NCBI GenBank assembly: GCA_964405335.1
Contig: CAYONP010000017.1
Span: 8,570 to 72,569 of the forward strand
Reading direction: 5' to 3'
DNA length: 64,000 nucleotides
From: an uncultured Fimbriimonadaceae bacterium
GTDB taxonomy: Bacteria > Armatimonadota > UBA10988
In this document: piece by piece, positions 50,526 through 59,751 of the stretch
Layout of the letters: each line of letters opens with the position of its first letter
Numbering within the stretch: the first letter of the stretch is position 1
Translations under genes and position numbers: made by a program
The notes under the pieces: generated by a model
The model's database searches: none
What the model was told of the DNA's origin: nothing
Seen by the model: the letters and a program-made list of their open reading frames with translations, nothing else

Positions 50526-53144
50526 ATGGCGGCCTTGCTGCTCTACCTGACCATCACCGCGCCGCCGACACCACGTGACGGCCTGGCTCGGCTCGACCTG
50601 ACCCGGCCCGGCCTCGAGGCGGTCCGCGCCGCGTTCGAGGCCGATGATCTGACCACCGCCGCGGCGGCGCTGCGCGACTACTACCGCGCCCGGCCGATGC
50701 CGGCGGTGGTTGGCGACGGCGTGCGGCCGGCGCCCAATCCGGCCTACGACACTAGCGCCGCCGACGCGCTGCTGCGGCGCGAGGTCAGCTTCGTCGGCAA
50801 GCCGGCGACCTTGACCCACGACATCGACTGGACGTCTGACCCGCATCGCGACATCGAGTGGCCGATCGAGCTCAACCGCCACTTCTTCTGGCGGCCGATC
50901 ATCGAGGCTTGGTGGCACACCGGCGACGACCGCTACCTCGACGACGTGCTGTTCATGCTCGAAGACTGGATCGACGACAACCCGATGCCCGACCGCGACG
51001 GCCGCGGCGCCTGGCGAACGCTCGAGTGCGGGCTTCGCCTGCAGAGCGCCTGGCCCATCGTCTTCTGGCACGCCGTGCGGAGCGACCGGTTCGCGCCGGC
51101 CCTGATCGGCCGCATGTTGGCCAGCATGGCCGAGCAGTGCGACTGGCTGATGCGCTATCCGAAGGGCGGCAACTGGCTGCTGATGGAGCGCACCGGCATC
51201 TTGACCGTCGCCGCCTGCTTCCCCGAGTTCGCCGATGCGGCCGAGTGGCGCTCGGCCGCCTGGGCCACCATGGCCCGCGAGATGACCGCCCAGGTCTATC
51301 CGGACGGCGCGCAGATGGAGCTGACCCCGCACTACAACCGCGTCTGTGTCGACAACTTCACCCGCGCCGCCGACATCGCCCGCGGCGCAGGGCTCGAAGT
51401 CCCGGGCGACTACCTGGGCGCGCTCGAGCGGATGTACGAGTACGTGCTCCTGCTGGTCAAGCCTGACGGCTACATCCCGATGCTCAACGACTCGGACCAC
51501 GACAACGAGCGCAGCCTGCTCGCCCGCGGGGCGGCGATGTTCGAGCGCGAGGACATGCGCTATGTCGCCACCGGCGGGGCCGTGGGCACGCCGCCCGCGC
51601 AGACCAGCTACGCCTTCCCTTGGGCCGGGCAGTACCTCCTGCGCAGCGGCTGGAGCCTGGACGACGTCTACCTCTGCCTCGATGCCGGGCCATACGGCAC
51701 CGGGCATCAGCACGAGGACAAGCTCAGCCTCGATGTGTGGGGCTATGGCGACGAGCTGATTGTCGACCCCGGCCGCTACACCTACGTCGGCGGCGCGTGG
51801 CGCAGCTACTTCGTCTCGACCGCCAGCCACAGCACCGTGCTGGTCGACGGCGCGGGGCAGCGGCGGCGGCAGGTCCGCTCGAGCTACGTCAATCGCGAGC
51901 CGCAGCCGAACCGGCTGGTGGTCACGCCCGCGGCCGAGCTGGTCTGCGGTAGCTACGAAGAGGGATACGGCAACGGCGCCGATGTGATCCACGTGCGCAA
52001 GGCCGTGTTCATGCGCGACGGCGGCTACTTCGTCGTCATCGACGACTTGCTGCCGCGCGGCACGGCGGCGGACGAGGTGACCATGACGGTCCAGTTCCAA
52101 CTCGCCCACGCCGGTGCGACGCTCGATCCCGACACGCTGGCCGTCCGCGGCGGCGGCGAGCGCGGCTCGGTGCTGATCCAGCCCGTCACGCGGGCCGGCG
52201 TCGAGGCGACGCTGCACGAGGGCGAAGAGGACCCGCCGGCCGGCTGGGTTGGTTGGAGCCTGCACCAGGCCCTGAAGCTGCCGGCCACCATGGTCCGTTA
52301 CTCGCTGCGCGGCACGCCGCCGCTGCGGTTCGTCACCGTCCTCCGTCCCCACCGCACCGGTGAGGAGCCGGACCTGCCCGACGGCCTGCCGGCCAACAAC
52401 CTGTGGGATCTGCCCGATCCGGCGCCGGGCGCGCCGCTGGTCGACGTTAAGGGCGGGCCGATCGTCTGCCGTTCGGCCGGGCCGGAGAGCCGGCTCCGCT
52501 GGGGCTACGCCGCGGGCGGCGGGCTGATCTTCGAGCGCGGGCCCGAGCCCGACGGCAGCTTTCGCCTGGCCGGCACGCTGTTCGATGTGCCCTACCAGTA
52601 CGCGGTCGTCCACGGCGAGCGGACGCTGCAATCGGGCACCTACATGCTGCCGGCGCCGAAGACCTACGACTTTGAGGACGGCGAGACGGCCGGCTGGTCG
52701 GGCGAGATCGCCCGTCCCGGCGCGGGCGGCTCGGCCGCCTGCCTGCACGCCGCGTCGCCGGCGACGACCGAGCCGGCCTACGTGACGCTAAGCCAACCGC
52801 GGCGCCTGGTCAGCGATGCCGACCTGTACGTCGCCCTCGACTGGCGCTCGCCGGTGGCCGACGGCGGCGACTGGTACTACGTCAAGGTGACGTTGGTCGA
52901 CGAGGAGGGGCGGTACTGGTCGAGCTACGTCGCCCGCGCGCCGTCGGATGAGTGGCGGCAGGTCGAGCTGCGGCTCGGCGACTTCCGCGGCGACACGGCC
53001 GGCTCGGCGATCCAGGGCCAGTCGTTGCCTGCCGGGGTGCGCTTCCGCGAGGTTCAGGTTGTCGGCCGCAAGGGCGTCACGGGCGACGCCGTGGCGATGG
53101 TCTTGCAGGTCGACCAGGTCGCCATCAGCGGCACGCCCGGGTAG
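50526..53144 (+). CDS. heparinase II/III-like polysaccharide lyase family protein with C-terminal beta-sandwich module
   Basis: The alginate-lyase-like N-domain has DIDWTSDPHRDIEWPIELNRHFFW, WRTLECGLRLQSW and LTPHYN. The heparinase II/III C-domain has GHQHEDKLSLDVWGYG and SHSTVLVDG. An extra ~200-aa C-terminal module follows. Confidence 0.8.
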   Translation: MAALLLYLTITAPPTPRDGLARLDLTRPGLEAVRAAFEADDLTTAAAALRDYYRARPMPAVVGDGVRPAPNPAYDTSAADALLRREVSFVGKPATLTHDIDWTSDPHRDIEWPIELNRHFFWRPIIEAWWHTGDDRYLDDVLFMLEDWIDDNPMPDRDGRGAWRTLECGLRLQSAWPIVFWHAVRSDRFAPALIGRMLASMAEQCDWLMRYPKGGNWLLMERTGILTVAACFPEFADAAEWRSAAWATMAREMTAQVYPDGAQMELTPHYNRVCVDNFTRAADIARGAGLEVPGDYLGALERMYEYVLLLVKPDGYIPMLNDSDHDNERSLLARGAAMFEREDMRYVATGGAVGTPPAQTSYAFPWAGQYLLRSGWSLDDVYLCLDAGPYGTGHQHEDKLSLDVWGYGDELIVDPGRYTYVGGAWRSYFVSTASHSTVLVDGAGQRRRQVRSSYVNREPQPNRLVVTPAAELVCGSYEEGYGNGADVIHVRKAVFMRDGGYFVVIDDLLPRGTAADEVTMTVQFQLAHAGATLDPDTLAVRGGGERGSVLIQPVTRAGVEATLHEGEEDPPAGWVGWSLHQALKLPATMVRYSLRGTPPLRFVTVLRPHRTGEEPDLPDGLPANNLWDLPDPAPGAPLVDVKGGPIVCRSAGPESRLRWGYAAGGGLIFERGPEPDGSFRLAGTLFDVPYQYAVVHGERTLQSGTYMLPAPKTYDFEDGETAGWSGEIARPGAGGSAACLHAASPATTEPAYVTLSQPRRLVSDADLYVALDWRSPVADGGDWYYVKVTLVDEEGRYWSSYVARAPSDEWRQVELRLGDFRGDTAGSAIQGQSLPAGVRFREVQVVGRKGVTGDAVAMVLQVDQVAISGTPG

Positions 53145-53184
53145 CCACCCGGGCGCGCCGCATCATCCCCCACCGTTCCCTAGG

Positions 53185-54156
53185 TCAGCGAACTCGACGG
53201 CGCCTCAGCAGTAGGATGCCGAGGGCGACGAGCGCCAGGGTCGAGGGCTCGGGAATGGCCAACGGCCCGGGCGGGTTGATGATGGTCTCCTCGATCTTCG
53301 CCGCGAAGAAGTTGTTGACGAAGTTCGGGGTGTTGACCAGTCCGATGTCGAACGTCCGGCCGATCAGACCGGCGCTCAGCAGTTGCGCCTGCAGGCTGTT
53401 GCCATAGCCCGCGGCAATCAGGTTGGCCAGCGTCTGGGCCGGGTCGAAGTTGAGCAGGTCGGGGTCCGACGCATCCTGCGCGGGATCGCCGTACTGGCTG
53501 CGCACCGGGCTGTCGCCCGGATTGACCAGCATGTTGACGAACGCCTTGTCGCCGATGGCGGCGGTGGCCGTCTTGTTGACTTCGACCTGCCAGTCGGTGC
53601 CGGCGATGGCCGCCGGCGGCTCGAGGCTCGTCTGGCCCGGCTCGCGGTTGGCCGTGTAGAACGGCCGGTCCGAGTCCTCGTCGGTGACCAGGATCAGGTT
53701 CTTGCGCGCATCGGCGCGGAAGACGAGCGAGCCGCTGCCGCCGACATGGTCGCGCACCAGCGTGTTGTCGACCGCCTCGCCGAGCACGATGCGCACGGCC
53801 TCGAGCCCGGCCTCCGGGTTGAGGTTGTGGTTGTGCTGGAAGCCCGCGCGCGCGCCGATGGTGATCAGCCCCATGGCGGTTTCGCAGGCCGCGCCGTCGC
53901 TGGTCCAGTCGAGCACCAGCTCGGGCGACCCGCCGAACAGCACGATGCTGAACCGCGGGTCGATATCGGCCGCGCCGAGGCCGGCCACGAAGGCACTCAG
54001 TCCGGTGCGCACCGCAGCGATGTTGTCACCCATCGAGCCGGTGGCGTCGACGATGAACACGAAGTCTGATTTGATGGGAGCCGACGTGGCCGGAGCAGAT
54101 GCCGCCACCATCACGGTTGCCACCCAGATCACGATCCCCCGCGTCGTGGAACCCAC
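53185..54156 (-). CDS. VWA domain protein with PEP-CTERM sorting signal
   Basis: GTG 54156 after GGAGGGG, with a signal peptide. The MIDAS-like motif is FIVDATGSMGD. The C-terminal IPEPSTLALVALGILLLRRRRVR is a PEP-CTERM anchor. Confidence 0.8.
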   Translation of the reverse strand: MGSTTRGIVIWVATVMVAASAPATSAPIKSDFVFIVDATGSMGDNIAAVRTGLSAFVAGLGAADIDPRFSIVLFGGSPELVLDWTSDGAACETAMGLITIGARAGFQHNHNLNPEAGLEAVRIVLGEAVDNTLVRDHVGGSGSLVFRADARKNLILVTDEDSDRPFYTANREPGQTSLEPPAAIAGTDWQVEVNKTATAAIGDKAFVNMLVNPGDSPVRSQYGDPAQDASDPDLLNFDPAQTLANLIAAGYGNSLQAQLLSAGLIGRTFDIGLVNTPNFVNNFFAAKIEETIINPPGPLAIPEPSTLALVALGILLLRRRRVR

Positions 54157-54221
54157 CTTCCCCTCCGTCCAAGCGTCCTGCCGGCCCCCCAAGTCCCCGG
54201 TTTCAACGACGCCTGAGCCTG

Positions 54222-54251
54222 AGTCTACCTTCGCCTCAACCGGCTTAGCAA
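54222..54251 (-). promoter_or_regulatory. sigma-70-like promoter candidate for the VWA/PEP-CTERM gene
   Basis: On the minus strand: TTGCTA (54251-46), an 18-nt spacer, TAGACT (54227-22). It lies in a locally AT-richer stretch. Confidence 0.3.
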
Positions 54252-54310
54252 GTCCACATCAATCACAATAGCTATCATTTTGCGACGCGATCACGCCGCG
54301 CCGACTCCTC

Positions 54311-54393
54311 GGGGTCAGGTCTCAAGATCAAGCGGTCTGTTACGATCAACCGGCTACTTCGTCACCGACCGCGTGATTCTGAGACCTGACCCC
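54311..54393. repeat. 83-nt intergenic element with 13-bp terminal inverted repeats (copy B), MITE/REP-like
   Basis: GGGGTCAGGTCTC (54311-54323), a 57-nt interior, then GAGACCTGACCCC (54381-54393). About 20 of the first 30 interior positions are identical to copy A (…TCAAGC.G..TGTT.CGAT..AC.GG). Confidence 0.75.
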
Positions 54394-54440
54394 GTGAGGT
54401 TGTCTGCCGGCGTGCTACTCTTTCGCCGCGGAGCGTGGTC

Positions 54441-54974
54441 ATGATGGTCGGCGAACGGGTGCGGCTGCGGCCTATCGAGCGCAGCGATCTGCCCAACTTC
54501 GTACGCTGGTTCAGTGACGAGGAGGTGCGGCACGGACTGGCGATGATCGTCCCGCCGTCGACGGCCGAGGAGGAGCGCTGGTTCGAGCGGCTGCCCGAGC
54601 ACCCCGGCCACCTGTTCGCCATCGACGCCCAGGTCGGCGCCGACTGGCGGCACATCGGCAGCCTTGGGTTGCATGAGATCGACTGGCGCAACCGGGTCGG
54701 CGAGGTCGGCATCGCCATCGGCGAGAAGGCCGCCTGGGACCACGGTTTCGGCACCGAGGCGATGCGGCTACTGCTCCGCTTCGCCTTCGAGCAGCTCAAC
54801 CTGCACCGCGTCGAGTTGGTCGTCTATGCCTTCAACCAGCGCGCGGTCCGCTGCTATGAGCGGATCGGCATGACGCACGAGGGGACCAAGCGGCAGGCGG
54901 TGTTCATGCACGGGCAGTACCACGACGTGCTGGTCATGGGCATTCTGCGCGACGAGTTCGGCGCCGGTGCGTAG
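54441..54974 (+). CDS. GNAT family N-acetyltransferase (RimJ/RimL-like)
   Basis: ATG 54441 lies 7 nt after GGAG (track start is GTG 54435). Motifs: VRLRPIERSDLPNFVRWF, GYGTEA-like HGFGTEAMRLLLRFAF and HRVELVVYAFNQRAVRCYERIG. Confidence 0.85.
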   Translation: MMVGERVRLRPIERSDLPNFVRWFSDEEVRHGLAMIVPPSTAEEERWFERLPEHPGHLFAIDAQVGADWRHIGSLGLHEIDWRNRVGEVGIAIGEKAAWDHGFGTEAMRLLLRFAFEQLNLHRVELVVYAFNQRAVRCYERIGMTHEGTKRQAVFMHGQYHDVLVMGILRDEFGAGA

Positions 54975-57558
54975 CCCCCGCCTTGCCCGCGCCTGCCGCG
55001 AGCTGACGCCGCTGCTGCACGGCGCGATGGACGGCGCGGCCATGCTCGGCTGGGTCGAACGCCTGGTCGCCAGCGACCGATGGACCTCGTTCGACCGCTA
55101 TCACGAAACGACCGACACGCTGCTCGACCTGTACCAACGCGCCGGTGCGGCGACGGAGGTCTATCCCATCCAGACCGGCACGCACGCCGGCACCGGGCGG
55201 TGGGTGGTGACCGAGGCGGCCGACGTGATCGGCGCCACCGTCGACCTGCTCTCTCCAAACCGCGAGCGGGTGATCGACTACGCCGCCGATCCGTTCCAGG
55301 TGGCCCGCTGGAGCGGTGCCACGCCGCGCGGCGGGGTCGAGCTGGAACTGGTCGTCTGCGACGCACCGGGCGATCGCGCGGTGGCCGGCAAGTGCGTTCT
55401 GACCCGCGCGGGACTCGGCGGTCAGGGTCGCCGCTGGGCCGATGCCGGCGCGGTGGCGGTGATCTTCCACAGCGACGTGCCGAACCTCCCCGAGGCGAGC
55501 ACCTGGACCAGCTTCGGCTGGGGCGGCGTGCCGCACGCCGACGGCGCGGCGCGGCCGGTCGGCCTGTGCGTCTCGAAGCGGCTCGGCGACCGACTGCGGA
55601 CGCTCTGTGACGCCGGCGAAGTGCGGGTCCACGTCGTCGCCGACGTGCGGCGCTATGTCGGCTCGCACGACCTGGTCAGCGGGCTGGTGCGCGGATCGGC
55701 CGATCCGCAGGACGAGGTCTGGGTGTTGGCCCACAGCCAGGAGCCGGGCGCGCTGGACAACGCGGCCGGCGTGGCCGTCGCCGTGGCCATTGCCGATGCG
55801 CTGGAGCGGCTCATCGCCGCCGGCGCGCTGCCACGGCCGAAGCGGACCATTCGCCTGCTCAGCGGCTACGAGTGCTACAGCTTCTTCCACTACGCCGAGC
55901 ACGTCCAGCGTCTGCAGCCGCCACTGGCCGGCGTGGTGCTCGACAGCCTCGGCCTGCGGCCGGCGCTGTGCGGCGGAGCGGTCGGTTGGCGGTCGACCAT
56001 CCCCATGTCGGCGCAGTTCGTCAATCGAGTCGGCGAGCGCTTTCTGCGCGCGGCGCTCCGGCACGACAACCCCGGCTACCGGCTCCGCTGCCTGCCCTTC
56101 GTGCCGACCAGCGACAACCTGCTGGGCGACCCGCGGCAGGGCATCCCCTGCCCCTGGCTGGAGACCTGGGACAACGGTGGCAAGCCGTATGACGCCTATC
56201 ACAGCTCGGCCGACACGGTCGACCTGCTCGACCCGCGCGGCCTGGCCTGCTTGGCCACCGCCATGGCCGGCTACTTGTACTACCTGGCCGACGCCGAGAC
56301 CGCCGACGCGGTCGAGCTGGCGCGGCTCGAGACGGCGCGCCTGCGGCGTCTGGTCGAGCGCTCGGCGACGATCGACGATCTGGCCGCCGACTATCGGCTC
56401 GATGAACAGCGGGCCAGCCTGGAGCGCTTGACGCGCTGGATCTGGGGCGGCCGGCGGGCCGAGGTGCTGGCACTGTTCGACGGCTTGAGCGCCGAGCTGC
56501 GTGACGCGGTTGGGGCGAAGCGCGAACCGCGACGGCGGCGGATCGCCCGCGCCATGCGCCTCGTGCCGCGCCGCACCGCCTTCCTCTCGCCGACGCTCGA
56601 GAACACACCCGAGCCGATCCGTTCGCGGATCGCCGCGGCGGGGTTCAGCCCCTGGGCGCTGTTCTGGGCCGACGGCCGGCGCGACCTGGCGGCCATCGCC
56701 GACCGGATTGCCGTCGAGCGCGGCCAGCCGGTCGACGCCGCCAAGCTGGCCGACTACTTCGCGGCCCACGCCGAACTGGGCTACGTCGAGCTAATGCAGC
56801 CCGAGACGATGCTGACCCGCCCGCGGCTGGTCCGCGAGCTGCGCGCGCTGGGCATGCGGGCCGGCATGGACGTCATGGTCCACAGCAGCCTGTCCAGCCT
56901 GGGCCCGGTCGAGGGTGGGGCCGAGACGGTGATCGACGCGCTGCTGCAGGTGATCGGCCGGCGCGGCACGCTGCTGGCGCCGAGCTTCCATCACTTCTCC
57001 GCCGAGGTCTACCACCCGGCCACCACGCCGACGACCAATGGCGCGCTGGCCGAGGCCCTGTGGCGCCGGCGTGAAGCGCTGCGCAGCGACCATCCCAGCC
57101 ACGCGGTGGCGGCGATCGGCCCGCGCGCGGCCGACTACCTGGCCGATCATGCGGCCAACGGCGTCTGGTCGGCCGAGAGCCCGATCGGCCGGCTGGCCGC
57201 GTGGGGCGGCTGGATCCTGAGCCTGGGCGTCGACCACGGCTCGACCACCGCCTACCACGTGGCCGAGTCGCTGCTGGAGGTGCCGTGTCTCGATCCGTTC
57301 GGCAGCGTCGATCATGTCGTCGGCGCCGACGGCCTGGTGCGCGAGGTCGCCGGCCTGGCCTGGCGCGACGGCACCTGCCCGGTCGACCCCCGTGGCCTGG
57401 ACGAGTGGCTTGAGGTTACCGGCCGGCAACAGCGAGGTTGCGTAGGTAAGGCGGAATGTCGGCTGGTCCGGGCGCGTGATCTGATCGAGGCACGCCGCCG
57501 GCAACTGGCCGGGGTGTGCGCGAGTTGCGGCATCCGGCCTGTGGCGCGGGGCCGCTGA
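54967..57558 (+). CDS. fusion protein: M28/DUF4910-like aminopeptidase-fold domain + AAC(3)-type N-acetyltransferase domain
   Basis: 863 aa. The N-terminal two-thirds carry an M28/DUF4910-like motif, VLAHSQEPGALDNAAGVAVAVAIA. The C-terminal ~270 aa (GMDVMVHSSLSSLG ... LLAPSFHH ... SDHPSHAVAAIG ... STTAYHVAE) resemble the aminoglycoside 3-N-acetyltransferase family (PF02522). The start overlaps the GNAT stop by 8 nt. Confidence 0.75.
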   Translation: MRSPRLARACRELTPLLHGAMDGAAMLGWVERLVASDRWTSFDRYHETTDTLLDLYQRAGAATEVYPIQTGTHAGTGRWVVTEAADVIGATVDLLSPNRERVIDYAADPFQVARWSGATPRGGVELELVVCDAPGDRAVAGKCVLTRAGLGGQGRRWADAGAVAVIFHSDVPNLPEASTWTSFGWGGVPHADGAARPVGLCVSKRLGDRLRTLCDAGEVRVHVVADVRRYVGSHDLVSGLVRGSADPQDEVWVLAHSQEPGALDNAAGVAVAVAIADALERLIAAGALPRPKRTIRLLSGYECYSFFHYAEHVQRLQPPLAGVVLDSLGLRPALCGGAVGWRSTIPMSAQFVNRVGERFLRAALRHDNPGYRLRCLPFVPTSDNLLGDPRQGIPCPWLETWDNGGKPYDAYHSSADTVDLLDPRGLACLATAMAGYLYYLADAETADAVELARLETARLRRLVERSATIDDLAADYRLDEQRASLERLTRWIWGGRRAEVLALFDGLSAELRDAVGAKREPRRRRIARAMRLVPRRTAFLSPTLENTPEPIRSRIAAAGFSPWALFWADGRRDLAAIADRIAVERGQPVDAAKLADYFAAHAELGYVELMQPETMLTRPRLVRELRALGMRAGMDVMVHSSLSSLGPVEGGAETVIDALLQVIGRRGTLLAPSFHHFSAEVYHPATTPTTNGALAEALWRRREALRSDHPSHAVAAIGPRAADYLADHAANGVWSAESPIGRLAAWGGWILSLGVDHGSTTAYHVAESLLEVPCLDPFGSVDHVVGADGLVREVAGLAWRDGTCPVDPRGLDEWLEVTGRQQRGCVGKAECRLVRARDLIEARRRQLAGVCASCGIRPVARGR

Positions 57559-57655
57559 CTCAAGCCGACGTCCGATTGGTCGAAGCGTGATGCGAGAGAG
57601 CAGCGCGGCGACGGTCGACCGGCGCGCCTCCAATCTGAGCCAAAGGAGTGACACC

Positions 57656-58414
57656 ATGCGTATGGGGTGGATCGCCGCGCTGGCGCTGGGCGCGCTGTTG
57701 TGGCGCCCGGCGAGCGCGGGTAACGTGGACGTCGAGCTGAGGTTCTGGTTCCCTGACCTCAGCGGCGACGCGCAGGCCAGTGATGGCGCGGCCGGCACCG
57801 TGATCGACCTCGAGAGCGATCTCGGCATGTCGAGCGACATGACCATCGAGCCGCGGGTCAACTGGCAGGTCTCGCCGCGCAACCGGTTGTCGTTCATGTA
57901 CGCCAACATCGGCGCCGGCGGCGACCAGATGGTCGCCCGCGACCTGACCTTCCTGGGCACCACCTACACCGCGGCCACGCGGGTGGTCAGCGACATCGAT
58001 GTCGACCTGTTCCGCCTCGAGTGGGGCTACAACTGGGTCAACCAGGAGAACTGGTCGCTCGAGAGCGTGCTCAACGTCGGCGCCGGCACGGGTGACGCGG
58101 TGCTCATGGCGCCCGGCACGGCGCTGCCGACGCAGAGCGAGTCGGTTGCCTTCCCGTATGTCACCATCGGCCTCGGGGTCGAGGTCCGGCCGATCGAGCA
58201 GGTCAGCCTGTTCGGCCAGTTCGACGGACTGCCGTTCGGCGACTGGGGCCACATCTGGAACGGCGAGATCGGCGCTCGTTGGATGCCGAGCGAGCACTTC
58301 GGCATCGTCACCGGTTACCGCCTGCTGGACATCCTGGCCAAGGACGACAGCGCCGGCGACCGGGTCGATATCGACGCCGACGGCTGGTTCTTCGGCGCCA
58401 ACGGCACGTTCTGA
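57656..58414 (+). CDS. outer-membrane beta-barrel protein (hypothetical)
   Basis: AAGGAG upstream of ATG 57656. Signal peptide MRMGWIAALALGALLWRPASA, an alternating strand pattern and C-terminal GWFFGANGTF (terminal Phe). Confidence 0.7.
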   Translation: MRMGWIAALALGALLWRPASAGNVDVELRFWFPDLSGDAQASDGAAGTVIDLESDLGMSSDMTIEPRVNWQVSPRNRLSFMYANIGAGGDQMVARDLTFLGTTYTAATRVVSDIDVDLFRLEWGYNWVNQENWSLESVLNVGAGTGDAVLMAPGTALPTQSESVAFPYVTIGLGVEVRPIEQVSLFGQFDGLPFGDWGHIWNGEIGARWMPSEHFGIVTGYRLLDILAKDDSAGDRVDIDADGWFFGANGTF

Positions 58415-58430
58415 CGGCGCGCACGAACCT

Positions 58431-58469
58431 CGACCGGCCGGCGGTCCTGACCGGACCGCCGGCCGGTCG
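58431..58469 (+). terminator. 17-bp hairpin after the OMP gene
   Basis: CGACCGGCCGGCGGTCC-TGACC-GGACCGCCGGCCGGTCG, 17 nt after the stop at 58414. No U-run. Confidence 0.5.
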
Positions 58470-58495
58470 CATGATTCAGGTGACGGAGCCGGTTG

Positions 58496-59308
58496 ATGGT
58501 CTTCACCAGCGAGGAGCGCGAGCAGTTCGCCGGCGACGGGTACGTCATCGCCCGCGGGCTGTTCGATGCCGACGAGACGGCCGCCTACCTCGAGCACTAC
58601 ATGGCATTGCGCCGGCAGGGCGAGCACTGGGGCGACTTCGCCGGCGTCGGCGCGACCGATGGCGACCCGCTGACGCAGTGGCCACGCATGATCCACATGC
58701 ACCGCTGGGACGAGCGCAGCCTCGACTGGCTGCTCGAGCCGCGGCTCGACGCGGCGATGACCGAGTTGCTCGGCGCCTCGCCGCTGGCCTGCCAGACGAT
58801 GCTCTACTTCAAGCCCCCCGGCTCGCGCGGGCAGGCGCTGCATCAGGATCAGTTTTACCTCAAAGCCCGGCCCGGAACTTGCATCGCAGCCTGGATGGCG
58901 CTCGATCCGTGCGACACCGAGAACGGTTGCTTGCAGGTCGTGCCGGGCAGCAGCGAACTGCCGGTGCTCTGTGCGGTGCCGGCCGATACCGAGGTCAGCT
59001 TCACCGATGTGACGGTGCCGCTGCCACCCGGCTATGAGCCGCTGCCGATGGTCCTGGCCGCCGGCGACGTGCTGTTCTTCAACGGCTCGGTGATTCACGG
59101 CAGTTTGCCGAACCGGACGAGCGATCGGTTCCGCCGCGCGCTGATCGGCCACTATGTCTCGGCCGACGCGACGGCGGTGGCGCGGTTCTACCAGCCGACC
59201 CTACGGATGGACGGCTCGCCGGTCGAAATGGAGACCAGCGAGGGCGGTGGACCGTGTGGTGTCTGGGTAGATCGGGATGGTGTGCCCGCGGTCGAGTTGC
59301 GCGGCTGA
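58496..59308 (+). CDS. phytanoyl-CoA dioxygenase (PhyH) family Fe(II)/2-oxoglutarate oxygenase
   Basis: ATG 58496 lies 7 nt after GGAG. FAGDGYVIARGLF, the facial-triad region ALHQDQ and FFNGSVIHGSLPNRT. Confidence 0.85.
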   Translation: MVFTSEEREQFAGDGYVIARGLFDADETAAYLEHYMALRRQGEHWGDFAGVGATDGDPLTQWPRMIHMHRWDERSLDWLLEPRLDAAMTELLGASPLACQTMLYFKPPGSRGQALHQDQFYLKARPGTCIAAWMALDPCDTENGCLQVVPGSSELPVLCAVPADTEVSFTDVTVPLPPGYEPLPMVLAAGDVLFFNGSVIHGSLPNRTSDRFRRALIGHYVSADATAVARFYQPTLRMDGSPVEMETSEGGGPCGVWVDRDGVPAVELRG

Positions 59309-59344
59309 CGCGCAGTCCCGGCGCTCGGGCTGGAGGGAACACAA

Positions 59345-59737
59345 GTGACCGCGAAGCGCATCCGCTTGCTCCGGTTCGAGATTGCCGACGAGGCCGGCGC
59401 CGTTCAGTCGGTCATGGAACAGACCGCCGCCGCCGGCATCAACCTGCTCTGCGTGATCGCCTTCCCGCACGGCGACGGCAGCGGCGAGGTCTATGCCGTG
59501 CCGAGCGACGAGGCCGACCTGTTCGGCTTTGAGCAGGTCGACGGCATCCACCTCATCGCGCCCGACTACTGCGGCGCCGGCGCCGACGCGCTGCAGCCGC
59601 TGCGCGTGGCGGGGATCAACGTCCGCTGCTGCTTCGCCGTCGCCGAATGGCGCACCGCGCACGTGGTCCTGCTGGTCGACCAGGTCGACCGCGCCCTGGC
59701 CGTGCTGCAGGATGCGCGCGAGGCGATCGCCGCGTAG
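59345..59737 (+). CDS. hypothetical protein, tandem ACT-like fold candidate
   Basis: GGAGGGA upstream of GTG 59345, 130 aa. It looks like two beta-alpha-beta-like halves (LLRFEIADEAGAVQSVMEQTAAAGINLL; GAGADALQPLRVAGINV). Weak assignment. Confidence 0.5.
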   Translation: MTAKRIRLLRFEIADEAGAVQSVMEQTAAAGINLLCVIAFPHGDGSGEVYAVPSDEADLFGFEQVDGIHLIAPDYCGAGADALQPLRVAGINVRCCFAVAEWRTAHVVLLVDQVDRALAVLQDAREAIAA

Positions 59738-59751
59738 CGCGGGCAGTCGCC

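Noticed and set aside
49416-52748. The longest ORF in the track (1110 aa, minus strand).
   Set aside because: It is antisense to two well-supported plus-strand genes (the beta-CASP RNase and the heparinase II/III-like lyase). Its Arg/Gly/Ala/Pro/Val-dominated, motif-free composition is typical of shadow ORFs in high-GC DNA.
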